57,752 nucleotides of DNA from Candidatus Micrarchaeia archaeon (lineage in GTDB: Archaea; Micrarchaeota; Micrarchaeia; Anstonellales; JAHKLY01), in NCBI GenBank assembly GCA_041653315.1, contig JBAZFO010000004.1:1-57752 (forward strand). Reading direction: 5' to 3'. Both the position numbers and the translations under genes were made by a program. This document shows, piece after piece, positions 33,862-42,491 of the stretch (the first letter of the stretch is position 1; each line of letters starts with the position of its first letter). A model generated the notes under the pieces. It was not told the origin of the DNA. It did not search any database and saw only the letters and a list, made by a program, of their open reading frames with translations.

Positions 33862-33910
33862 ATACCCTGTGGTAATTTTTGTAATTGACAACTAAAATAC
33901 CGCATGGTAA
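33862..33910. promoter_or_regulatory. Two further operator-like palindromes upstream of xis/int
   Basis: ATACCCTGTGGTAA (33862-75) and ATACCGCATGGTAA (33897-910). Confidence 0.5.
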
Positions 33911-33919
33911 TTTTATTCC

Positions 33920-34255
33920 ATGCTTACCCCTGCCCCGCTGCTCACCCCCCAGGAAGTCGCCGACCTCTTGCACGTTTCCATAAGGACGGTATATGAGAAT
34001 AAACAGAGGTTCGGCGCGGTCTACCCAGCCGGCCTAAGATGCTTGAGATTTAAGGCGGAGGCGGTCTATGCCGCAATGGGAATACAGGAAAGGCCGGTGG
34101 CGGTACGAGTTCGAGTACCTGGGGGAGAGATACGGGAAAGCCGGGTTCAAGACCATGCGCGAGGCCCGGGCCGCAGAAGAAAGACATCGCAAGAGACTAT
34201 CGACTCCGGAGAAGAAGGCCGAAATCGTCATGGTCTTTTCAGATGCGTCAAATGA
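33920..34255 (+). CDS. xis: Excisionase-family HTH protein (true 3' end uncertain; overlaps int by 188 nt)
   Basis: LLTPQEVADLLHVSIRTVYENKQ HTH_17-like motif. Confidence 0.5.
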   Translation: MLTPAPLLTPQEVADLLHVSIRTVYENKQRFGAVYPAGLRCLRFKAEAVYAAMGIQERPVAVRVRVPGGEIRESRVQDHARGPGRRRKTSQETIDSGEEGRNRHGLFRCVK

Positions 34256-35120
34256 ATACCTGGACTTCGCTAAACTTCGCTATGTCAATAAGACCTACAA
34301 AGAAAAGGTTTTCGTCCACCGCTCCTTCATAGAGCATGCAGGCGACCTCCCCCTAAAAGAGATCACGGCCCTGGTGATCGAATCTTACCTCAAGAAGCGC
34401 CCCAGCAAACCCAACTGGAACAAACACCGCAAGAACCTCTGCGCCTTCTTCCAATGGTGCTTCAACCGGCGGCTGATGGAGGTCAACCCGTGCCTCTATA
34501 TCGACAAGATGCCCCTGGACCTCTCCCATAAGAAGATCTATACCCAAGAAGAAATGGTAAAGCTGGTCCTGGCAAGCGGGGACCTCCGGCCGTTTTTCAT
34601 AGCCATTTTCTCCCTGGCCGCCAGGGTAAACGAGATCAACCGGATTCGCTGGGAAGACGTGAATTTCCAAAATCGGATTGTGACCCTCTGGACAAGGAAG
34701 GGCAGGACCGGGGAATGGCGGGAGCAGAAGAAAGGAATGAATGATGAACTTTATGTCGAACTGGACCGGCTCTATACCAAAAATTCGGGGGAGTGGGTTT
34801 TCCCTAACCCGGAAACCGGCAAGCCGTTTGTGGACCGTAGGAAGCAGCTTAAGCGGATTTGTTTAGAGGCCGGGGTCCCTTACCTGGGATTTCATGCCAT
34901 CCGCCACCATGTCGCCAGTGTGCTTCTGGATGTCCATAAAGTAAAACTAAAAACCGTTCAGAGGATGTTAGGGCACACTCGTTTGTCCACCACGGAGGGT
35001 TATATTCAGGAATTGTCCGATGGTGTCAGAGAGGCCGGAGAACTGCTAAAAACTACCACTGCAGAAGAAAACCCCGCACAGATTCCCGCACAAGAAAAAA
35101 AAGAGGGTCAGCCCGATTGA
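34068..35120 (+). CDS. int: Tyrosine integrase
   Basis: N-terminal arm-binding WRYEFEYLGERYGK, core-binding SAM-like domain, catalytic ...R...HAIRHH...GHTRLSTTEGY. Confidence 0.9.
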   Translation: MPQWEYRKGRWRYEFEYLGERYGKAGFKTMREARAAEERHRKRLSTPEKKAEIVMVFSDASNEYLDFAKLRYVNKTYKEKVFVHRSFIEHAGDLPLKEITALVIESYLKKRPSKPNWNKHRKNLCAFFQWCFNRRLMEVNPCLYIDKMPLDLSHKKIYTQEEMVKLVLASGDLRPFFIAIFSLAARVNEINRIRWEDVNFQNRIVTLWTRKGRTGEWREQKKGMNDELYVELDRLYTKNSGEWVFPNPETGKPFVDRRKQLKRICLEAGVPYLGFHAIRHHVASVLLDVHKVKLKTVQRMLGHTRLSTTEGYIQELSDGVREAGELLKTTTAEENPAQIPAQEKKEGQPD

Positions 35121-35140
35121 GCTAACCCGTTGATTTCATT

Positions 35141-35211
35141 TGGCGGGGACGACGAGACTCGAACTCGCGACCTCCGGCGTGACAGGACTCCGGTCTAACC
35201 TGAACCACCCC
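35141..35211 (-). other. tRNA-Asp(GUC)-derived 3' fragment / degenerate pseudo-tRNA; probable attP core
   Basis: Minus strand CCTGTCACGCCGGAGGTCGCGAGTTCGAGTCTCGTCGTCCCCGCCA (35186-35141) has anticodon loop, T-arm, 3' acceptor strand and CCA; the 5' acceptor strand does not pair (5 of 7) and 6 nt are missing. Confidence 0.65.
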
Positions 35212-35312
35212 ATAAACCGCACGGTTGACGCAGGCTTTGTGTACTCAGTACCGTGATCTACGATGGTTTGCCGAGAAAACCCCGCACAGAGCCCCGCACA
35301 ATTTATCGCCCC

Positions 35313-35531
35313 CTACTTCCAGGACCCCCTCACATTGTTGACGTGTCCGAAAAATCCCCCCAGGCCCTCCGCGTCTCCCCGGTTCATCCAATACCCCTTT
35401 TCCCCGGTCCGATCATTCTTGTCAGGGACAATGCTCGTCAATTCGGGCGGTGCCTGTAGGGGGGGCGGCACAAACTCAACGGTCTTTGCGCACCCCGCCG
35501 CGACGAAGGAAATCAGCAAGAGCACCATCAT
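35313..35531 (-). CDS. o-spanin (Rz1-like lipoprotein), overlapping the i-spanin gene
   Basis: MMVLLLISFVAAGC lipobox; Pro-rich mature part; starts inside the 3' end of 35476-35745 in another frame. Confidence 0.6.
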   Translation of the reverse strand: MMVLLLISFVAAGCAKTVEFVPPPLQAPPELTSIVPDKNDRTGEKGYWMNRGDAEGLGGFFGHVNNVRGSWK

Positions 35532-35745
35532 CCATCTGGTGAACCTGTTCCTTAACTTTCTGGTCTTCACGTTCCACCTCCAGGATTTTTTCTGCAATCT
35601 TGGCCCTAACTTCAGCCTTATGTGTGATGCACCCCTTGACCTGGCAACCGGCAAAGAGAATGCCGGAGAGTAGGGTGGCGCCCAAAGCTGTGCCTATGAT
35701 CCGGCCTACGGCTGTTTTAAGTAACCATGCAAGGATGATGTCCAT
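35476..35745 (-). CDS. i-spanin (Rz-like)
   Basis: N-terminal TM segment followed by a charged coiled coil. Confidence 0.55.
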   Translation of the reverse strand: MDIILAWLLKTAVGRIIGTALGATLLSGILFAGCQVKGCITHKAEVRAKIAEKILEVEREDQKVKEQVHQMDDGALADFLRRGGVRKDR

Positions 35746-35750
35746 CTATA

Positions 35751-36029
35751 TTACTCCGCTTTAACTGCCCGTTTAGGTTCGGGGTCCATAGGGATAAACT
35801 TGGCATCGGTAAATCTGCGTCCCCCATAAAGAGCCAAGCATGACCCCAAAAAAGCCCCCATAAGGGCGGCATCTACGTTGCCGAAATTTACTGAGACATG
35901 CTCATAAAGTTTTATGGTGGCCCCGGAGAATAAAAATTTGAATCCAGCAAACCAAAAAGCCGCCAGGGCTATAAATGCGCTCCGGGATTTTCGGCCGGCA
36001 GCGCCATCCTGAATTGCAAACCAGCTCAC
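35751..36029 (-). CDS. Holin-like membrane protein (92 aa)
   Basis: Two or three hydrophobic helices, charged C-terminus, adjacent to the endolysin. Confidence 0.55.
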   Translation of the reverse strand: MSWFAIQDGAAGRKSRSAFIALAAFWFAGFKFLFSGATIKLYEHVSVNFGNVDAALMGAFLGSCLALYGGRRFTDAKFIPMDPEPKRAVKAE

Positions 36030-37213
36030 CCTAACACCTCCTGAAACCCTTTGGCCCGGGTTAAAACGTCCCGCGAGTAGTTTCCCCCGGTAGTGTTAGC
36101 GTCCACCACGTCGCCCATTTCCAAAGCCTTCCGGACGTTGCCCGGGCCACAGTTGTAAGCGGCGATGCTGGCCCGGAACAGGGCGGCGTAGTCTCCCCCC
36201 AAGGCATTGAAGCAACAGTCGCCCAGGTAGTTAAAGGACGACACGATCACGTTTTTATGGACGTACTCCAGGGAGGCCGCCAGGTCCTTCCAATCATCCC
36301 CGGCACAGAAAGCCGGGTGGCTCCGGTCGTCAATCTGCATGATGCTATGGCCATGGCCGCCGTCGCCTAACCCCTCTGCATCCAAGAGCAGCCCAAAGCG
36401 GCTTTCCCGGCTGGCGATACCGCAGAGCACCCAAACCATCCAGTTGGGGCCCAGGGCCTGCTGCATGACCGCTACAAGCTCCGGTGGCCAGGTGTAAGCG
36501 TCCGCCGCGGCCTGGATGATAGGAAGGTATTTTCGGGCCAAGGCCAGCTCGTCGGGTTTGAACTGTCCGGTTTTTCCGGATGGTTCGAACTGTTCGGAAT
36601 TTCCTAATAGTTCGGATTCACCAGACGGCCCAGGCTGCACGATAGGAGCCGAGGCAATAGTAGGGGCCGGGGTGCTTCCTTCTATAGGAGCCTCTGCCAC
36701 GTCCTCGCCCCAGGCAGTCGGGAAAAGTGGGCTGTCATGGCCCCGGTCCCGAATCCAAGGTAATTGAAAGTGCATGCCATCTCTCAAACTATCCGGCTGC
36801 CAAAGTCCGCCCCACTCGAAGCCGGATTCAGCAAAGCACTGGACGAATTTAGTTGAGAGGGTTGGCATCCCGCCAAACGGATTGCTCCCGGCGTTCAGGT
36901 CCATCGCCAGGCCCCAAGAATGAACCGAATAGCTCGAGCCCCCTTTCATCTGCCGGATATTGAAACAGCCGTCAAACGTCCGCAACTCCCCGGCCAAGCC
37001 GCGCCCGCAGAGCTTTTGAAACGCCGCCCGTAGGGGCCCGGCCAACAGCTCATGGCCGTATATCCGCAGGGACCATGGATTACCCTCAAAGTCCCGGACG
37101 TGCCCCAGATATTCGGCAAATTCCTTAAGGCTAATCGTGGTCAGATAGGAAGCCGGATCCCGCGGAGCTCCGAATAGGTTTAATAATTGGTTCTGCATGA
37201 TCGGGAATTTCAT
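36026..37213 (-). CDS. Bifunctional endolysin: M15 peptidase plus lytic transglycosylase/lysozyme-like domain
   Basis: SVHSWGLAMDL and DGMHFQ (M15); SRESRFG, GHSIMQID, AAYNCGPGNV (SLT/goose-type). Confidence 0.8.
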   Translation of the reverse strand: MKFPIMQNQLLNLFGAPRDPASYLTTISLKEFAEYLGHVRDFEGNPWSLRIYGHELLAGPLRAAFQKLCGRGLAGELRTFDGCFNIRQMKGGSSYSVHSWGLAMDLNAGSNPFGGMPTLSTKFVQCFAESGFEWGGLWQPDSLRDGMHFQLPWIRDRGHDSPLFPTAWGEDVAEAPIEGSTPAPTIASAPIVQPGPSGESELLGNSEQFEPSGKTGQFKPDELALARKYLPIIQAAADAYTWPPELVAVMQQALGPNWMVWVLCGIASRESRFGLLLDAEGLGDGGHGHSIMQIDDRSHPAFCAGDDWKDLAASLEYVHKNVIVSSFNYLGDCCFNALGGDYAALFRASIAAYNCGPGNVRKALEMGDVVDANTTGGNYSRDVLTRAKGFQEVLG

Positions 37214-37230
37214 CTTGAGTCCTCCGTCCC

Positions 37231-37482
37231 TCAATAATGCGCCTTAAGTAATGCCGCCAGTATTGCCCCTACGATAGACCCGATGAAGGCACTCGCCCCG
37301 GCCCCGGTATAAACGATAACCTTGAGCCGATTAATGTCGTTCCATTGCGATTGATCGGACTGTTCCAGATGAATAATCCGGCGCTCATGGTCCTGACACT
37401 TGCGGCCACCTTGGGCTTCCTCAACCTTTTCAACTCTGCCGCAAACCGTATCGTGTAGTGGGCAAAAATCTTGATTTGCCAT
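37231..37482 (-). CDS. Small C-terminally membrane-anchored protein (83 aa), holin/antiholin candidate
   Basis: C-terminal GAGASAFIGSIVGAILAALL helix; first gene of the lysis cassette. Confidence 0.4.
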   Translation of the reverse strand: MANQDFCPLHDTVCGRVEKVEEAQGGRKCQDHERRIIHLEQSDQSQWNDINRLKVIVYTGAGASAFIGSIVGAILAALLKAHY

Positions 37483-37598
37483 CCATTGAATCCCCCAGAG
37501 TTAAAGGTTCGCCTCCTGTCGCCTTACTCCCCCGGCATCTGCTCAACCGGCACATCCTCGATATCTATGGCCCGGGTATCGGCATCATCTTCAGCCGC

Positions 37599-39179
37599 CT
37601 AAAAAACCAAAAACATTCCAGCCTTAAATGGGCTGTATTCTACCTGGGCAATAATTTGCCCCACCTTAAGCAACGGTGGGTCTTCCCATTCAATTTGGGT
37701 TCCTACCTGGGAGACCTTGATTAGCGGTGGGTCTTCCCATTCAATTTGGGTTCCTACCTGGGAAACCTTAAGCAACGGTGGAACTGGAAAGGTAGCTGTC
37801 CGGATCGCATCTATTTCAGTATCAGAAAGAAGGCGATTAAAAACGACAACTTCATCGGTCAGGCCATCAAAAGTAGTGCCAGCGCTATTGAAACTTCCTA
37901 TCTTAAAATCGGTTGCACCTGGAGTCAGGACTGTCCAGTCATTCTTCGCATAAGTAAGAACCTGACTATCACTTGACCTAAATATCCTGAGATTTGAATA
38001 TCCTGCATTGCCATCCATCCTGACCGCAACGTGATACCAAACATTAATGGCAACTGGAAGACTAGTGCTCTGCCAGCTATTATTCCAATCCAAATGAAAG
38101 ATACCATTATACTGGTATACCCCACATGAGCCAACAACCCGAAGTTTACCGATAAGACCTTGATCACCAGCTGTAGAAGAAAACTTGAACCAGCCAAGAT
38201 AAGTTCCTTGTCTATTTGCTCCTCCACTTTTAAATGGAAAGTCTGCTGGTAGGCTGGCATCAGGAATAGTGTAACATTGGCCGCTCGCCCTTACCAAATG
38301 AGTAGAGCCAAGTCCTTCTTTAAAATCTATGAGTTCAGACGTAGGAGCATTTACTGCCGTAAGAGTATTTTCACCCTGGGAATCAACGGTCAACGCCCCA
38401 GATTCAAACCGCCAGAGGGCTTTGCAACTTGGATCGTTGGAGAAGGCGGTAATTTCATTGGCATGAAATGATTCAGATGTGGAAGTTGAAGCAGTTTCAG
38501 TGATCCCAATGGGTAAGACAGGCGGTGAATTAATAAAATCATAATGGGAATCAATCGTAGATTTAGCTAATGCAGCATTATAAAAAGCAACTTTTGCCAG
38601 AATCCCCCGGTAATAACCAGTTGTAAGGAAGCGGCCAATCTGAATAGTAGAAGGAGCCGTTAATGACACACCGGCTCTTTGTACTTGCGTTCCTTGTGAA
38701 ACCTTGTCAACAAAGAGTTCGAATACCCCGCTTGTTTTAATGCGGGTCATTACCACATGGTGCCAGTTTCCATCATTATAGTCGGCTGCACTTATTACAA
38801 AAGGTGAATCATATACCCCAGCAAGGATGTTGCCCCCAGAAACTAAATTGATACCAAAATCATTGGTGTAACCGCCTACTTCTGCTCCAGTTAACCCCCA
38901 GCCAGACCAAAAATTGGTACCGACAGGGGCTGAGTTGGCAGTCTTCAACCAAAATTCAATAGTAAAGTCGTCCTGGATTTGCCGAGCTATGGAAATTGCC
39001 CCACCATTAAGATTCAGAGCTTTACCATCAAAATCATCTACCTGGGAGAGGCTGGCTGCATTAACTACGGTCCCTGTATTAGTCCCTTTAGAGTCTGCTC
39101 CCAAATTAGCAGCATCAAGGAAGCTGTAAAAATTGACCAAACTCGATTCGGCCAGAATTATGTTGTCATAAGTGGGCAT
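37599..39179 (-). CDS. Tail fibre/receptor-binding candidate with LamG/concanavalin-like domains and C-terminal 17-aa repeats
   Basis: Two segments resembling LamG jelly-rolls (FDG.A..L.G.....; DEVVVFNRLLSDTEI); PPL(L/I)KVSQVGTQIEWED repeated. Confidence 0.55.
   Translation of the reverse strand: MPTYDNIILAESSLVNFYSFLDAANLGADSKGTNTGTVVNAASLSQVDDFDGKALNLNGGAISIARQIQDDFTIEFWLKTANSAPVGTNFWSGWGLTGAEVGGYTNDFGINLVSGGNILAGVYDSPFVISAADYNDGNWHHVVMTRIKTSGVFELFVDKVSQGTQVQRAGVSLTAPSTIQIGRFLTTGYYRGILAKVAFYNAALAKSTIDSHYDFINSPPVLPIGITETASTSTSESFHANEITAFSNDPSCKALWRFESGALTVDSQGENTLTAVNAPTSELIDFKEGLGSTHLVRASGQCYTIPDASLPADFPFKSGGANRQGTYLGWFKFSSTAGDQGLIGKLRVVGSCGVYQYNGIFHLDWNNSWQSTSLPVAINVWYHVAVRMDGNAGYSNLRIFRSSDSQVLTYAKNDWTVLTPGATDFKIGSFNSAGTTFDGLTDEVVVFNRLLSDTEIDAIRTATFPVPPLLKVSQVGTQIEWEDPPLIKVSQVGTQIEWEDPPLLKVGQIIAQVEYSPFKAGMFLVF
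37641..37780. repeat. About 2.7 tandem copies of a 51-bp unit at the 3' end of the fibre gene
   Basis: ggtgggtcttcccattcaatttgggttcctacctggga[g/a]acctt... at 37674-37724 and 37725-37775, with partial flanking copies. Confidence 0.85.
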
Positions 39180-39192
39180 CTGTTACCTTTAC

Positions 39193-39573
39193 TTACACCA
39201 CGGCCGGAGCGTTGATTTCCCAAACATCTTTGCTGGCCAAAGTAAAGCCCACCCCTGCCACTACGGCGAAATCTGTCATGGTATCCACGAACTTCAAAGC
39301 CGAAGTGCTGGACAACCCGAAGGCCACATGATTAGCCGTACCATCAGCCGCTCCAGTACCGGTCTTTTCGGCCAAGGTCAGTTTGCGCCCGGAGACATCG
39401 CCAGCAGCTTTACTCCAATCGCTAGCTGGGGTCAATTCGATGGTGGCCAGATTGTAAGTCGTAGCAGCTTCTTCATAGGTAGCTGGTTCTTGCGAACAGA
39501 GAAAGGCTCGATCACTCAGGGCTACTTCATCCAAATTCTTATCCATTACTGCATCAGGAACCATGATTGCCAT
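39193..39573 (-). CDS. Hypothetical structural protein (126 aa)
   Basis: ORF in the tail-fibre region. Confidence 0.45.
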   Translation of the reverse strand: MAIMVPDAVMDKNLDEVALSDRAFLCSQEPATYEEAATTYNLATIELTPASDWSKAAGDVSGRKLTLAEKTGTGAADGTANHVAFGLSSTSALKFVDTMTDFAVVAGVGFTLASKDVWEINAPAVV

Positions 39574-39587
39574 ATCGTTTCTCCTTT

Positions 39588-40574
39588 CTATGCCACCGCT
39601 TTGACGCCAATTTCAAGAGCATTAACCTCAGCTTCGGCCCAGGCCGCCTCCGTGTCCGGGTTGGTTTCCCAGATGTTATAAAGCTGTACGGAAGAAGATG
39701 GGACTGGCTTGTCATCACTGACATAATCCGTACTGTTGGTGCGAACCGCGAGTTGAAGGTTGGTTGGAGTAGGGGAACCTTCAAACCTGGTTAACGCCTG
39801 GACTTGGACACAGTTAATAGCCCCCACATCCCCGGCTAAGTCGCCCGCGGCATACAAGTCCAAATGGTCAGCCGTGTTGGTGAAGATATAGTCGGTCTCG
39901 CTGCCAGGGATTTCATCGACACATTCATCATTAGCCCCGGCCGATGGGGTCCATTGAGTCGAGTTTCCGGCCCCGATGGGCACAAGTGCCTGAATTTTGG
40001 TATTGCCAGGCCAAGCGGCATTATCCACTATGATATTATCCACATAGCAAGAGGCGTAGCCATTGCCTACACCATGATCGCCCAGCTTGAATGAGGTAAT
40101 TGGTAAAGTTACACCAGAAGTATTGCCACTAAAATCAATCACCAATATGCCATTTATTTTTAATTGGAAAACCCCACTGACATTATGAGATTTAAACCGT
40201 ACTTCTATAAAATAAGTAGTAGCATCAGGAAAACTATTTGCAGTAGTTCCCAGAAGAACATTGTCCGAACCTCTGTAGGCACTCAAATTGTAAACAAGGT
40301 AACTACTCCCAGTACGGTTTATGTATCCTAATTTTGTTGCTCCATTTAAAAAACATATTAAAGGGATACAAGGACCTATTGGCCTCCACCGAAAAGACAC
40401 ATAATATTCAGACGCACTTGGTAGTACCTTCTGAATAGAATCTCTTGCGTGAATTAACTCGCAACAATAGACACCATCCATTCCAGTTTGAGCGTTTACT
40501 ACAGTAGCTCCAATCTGAGCATCCCACAAATTCAAATCCCCAGCTTCAAAACCATCAATAAATACTCTGGCCAT
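39588..40574 (-). CDS. Second LamG-like/jelly-roll tail fibre-associated protein (328 aa from MARVFIDGFE)
   Basis: ATG at 40574, 2 nt after the upstream stop; beta-rich; AT-rich central part. Confidence 0.45.
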   Translation of the reverse strand: MARVFIDGFEAGDLNLWDAQIGATVVNAQTGMDGVYCCELIHARDSIQKVLPSASEYYVSFRWRPIGPCIPLICFLNGATKLGYINRTGSSYLVYNLSAYRGSDNVLLGTTANSFPDATTYFIEVRFKSHNVSGVFQLKINGILVIDFSGNTSGVTLPITSFKLGDHGVGNGYASCYVDNIIVDNAAWPGNTKIQALVPIGAGNSTQWTPSAGANDECVDEIPGSETDYIFTNTADHLDLYAAGDLAGDVGAINCVQVQALTRFEGSPTPTNLQLAVRTNSTDYVSDDKPVPSSSVQLYNIWETNPDTEAAWAEAEVNALEIGVKAVA

Positions 40575-40575
40575 T

Positions 40576-41037
40576 TTAATAACCCCTTGATAGGCTAACG
40601 AAATGATATAATTCGGATATGTCATTATAGAAAAAACCAAGATAATCGGTTTTATTAGGACTCGCAGAAAGCGATACTGGTAGGATTACATCAGAACCCG
40701 CAGCGACCTCTACCCCAAAAGTCACCGCCCGGCCCCCCACTGCATCTTGCAGAAGCTCCAATACACATCTCTGACTGTCATAGCCCCCAGACATATTGAT
40801 GACCGTGGTGGATCTGTTTAGAACGATTCTGACATGATTACCCAACGACCAGTCGACGTCGATCGTGTCAGCGCTCGTCGGTGACTGGACTGTCCTGGCA
40901 GACTTCACCAAATAGTCCAGACTGGTAGCAACCGCAGAGTCGTCCACCCCCACCTTGGCTTCCAGGTTGTTAATATGGGCGGCCAGAACATCGGTTATGC
41001 CGTCAACAACGTTGGTTAGATTTGCTGGAAAGGCCAT
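40576..41037 (-). CDS. Hypothetical tail protein (153 aa)
   Basis: ORF in the tail module. Confidence 0.45.
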   Translation of the reverse strand: MAFPANLTNVVDGITDVLAAHINNLEAKVGVDDSAVATSLDYLVKSARTVQSPTSADTIDVDWSLGNHVRIVLNRSTTVINMSGGYDSQRCVLELLQDAVGGRAVTFGVEVAAGSDVILPVSLSASPNKTDYLGFFYNDISELYHFVSLSRGY

Positions 41038-41066
41038 AGACTACCTCCTTAATATAGTTATGTTAT

Positions 41067-42491
41067 CTATAATGGTAGAATATACCCAGAGACATACATT
41101 TTATTCATAGTCACGGCTGTAGCTAAAGACATAGTTACAGTACATATATCGTATAATGGGAATGTTCCATAACTACCATTAACTAATATCACGCTTAGAT
41201 AATTTGTCCCATCAAAATTATTTGTTGTCAACCCAGCAGCTACAATATTATTTAATGGGTCCTTTGGTCCAACTGGATATGGCCCACCTGAATCTTCACT
41301 ATTGCCACCACCAATAAAATAAAATAAAGCGTTAAAACTGGTTGCCATCGGAGAACACATCGGCACATTTTCGCCAGCAGTATAATTAGTAGCAGTATAT
41401 TTAAATTCGTTATCATCCTGTGTAATTGAACGAATATTAGATGAACCATCATTCCAAACGTCGCCCAGGTATCTAAAATTTGTATTAGGCAAAATGATAA
41501 ACCAGTCGCCCGCCGCCACAGTTAAAGCCGTGCCGGAATAAGTAACCGTGCCACCGGTGGCATCGTTGTTATTATTGGCGGTAATAGTGCGTAAAAGCCC
41601 CTTGCTGGCCCCTGAAATAAAATAGATTGAGGCCCCCACCAGTTCATCCGTGGTCAGGCCGTAGCCGATACCTGTAGCCGGAGTGAGCAGAGTACCCAGA
41701 CTGATTACCTGTCCGGCCTGGGACTTGACTCTCATCCAGGGCATCGCCTTCAGGGTGAAGGTGGTGTCGGCGTTACCCGCCAGGGCAAAGAGCGCATACC
41801 ATTGGGAGACTTTCTCGGTGCCATAATTGCCACCACTGCCAAATTGGGCGCTGACATCCGACGAATTGATTCTGGATATACCGTCAGAATTGACCGCCAG
41901 GAGTTGGCCTGAGTTAAGAACATTCGGGAACCCAGACATATTTGCCACCGCCGGACTATTGGCAGTAGCGGCGACTGTCACCGTTGAGGCATCAGCCCAG
42001 GTAATAGCTGGAGCTGCGGTCACGGGCGCCGGCGGATCCGGGATGGTCAAACCAAGCAGGCCCAGAGTGCGTTCATCGGTGATTAAATCATTAGTGATCG
42101 CCGTGGTGCTGGTGGCCAGGAGGATTTGGCAAACCGGCAGTTTATCCGCCGGGATCGCCGGAGCGGTTGGCGCAGCAGCCTCGGTCCCGGCCACGACCAA
42201 GATCACCCCGGTATATCTATCCACTACCACCCGGTCAATCCGGGGGTTAGTAGATGGGGCCGTGATGGCGGTAGAGTTCTGGCCGACCTTTTCCGTGAGG
42301 GTGGTGCCATCAAAAATATGGCCTACATCGACCCGGACCGTCATATCGGGGGGGTCCTGCTCATGCGGGGCGAAGGCCAGAGCTGTACGCCTAGCCGCCA
42401 TAATCGACCCCTCAATGGCCTGCGAATAAAGGGTAGGATTGCCGCCCATGGTCTCGAAATTGGGTTGTATCGGGGTGCCTGCCATACTCAT
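41067..42491 (-). CDS. Tail fibre/baseplate-associated protein (474 aa)
   Basis: Ala/Thr/Gly-rich beta-type sequence downstream of the J-like protein. Confidence 0.4.
   Translation of the reverse strand: MSMAGTPIQPNFETMGGNPTLYSQAIEGSIMAARRTALAFAPHEQDPPDMTVRVDVGHIFDGTTLTEKVGQNSTAITAPSTNPRIDRVVVDRYTGVILVVAGTEAAAPTAPAIPADKLPVCQILLATSTTAITNDLITDERTLGLLGLTIPDPPAPVTAAPAITWADASTVTVAATANSPAVANMSGFPNVLNSGQLLAVNSDGISRINSSDVSAQFGSGGNYGTEKVSQWYALFALAGNADTTFTLKAMPWMRVKSQAGQVISLGTLLTPATGIGYGLTTDELVGASIYFISGASKGLLRTITANNNNDATGGTVTYSGTALTVAAGDWFIILPNTNFRYLGDVWNDGSSNIRSITQDDNEFKYTATNYTAGENVPMCSPMATSFNALFYFIGGGNSEDSGGPYPVGPKDPLNNIVAAGLTTNNFDGTNYLSVILVNGSYGTFPLYDICTVTMSLATAVTMNKMYVSGYILPL

Noticed and set aside
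35141-35211. Functional second tRNA gene (tRNA-Asp)
   Set aside because: The 5' acceptor strand pairs at only 5 of 7 positions, the D-arm is malformed, and the total length is 71 nt. It is better explained as an attP-associated 3' tRNA fragment.
35476-35745. i-spanin candidate as a second lipoprotein, because of the LFAGC sequence
   Set aside because: The Cys follows a long N-terminal TM-like segment rather than a short signal peptide, and the rest is a charged coiled coil typical of Rz. The genuine lipobox protein is the overlapping 35313-35531 ORF.
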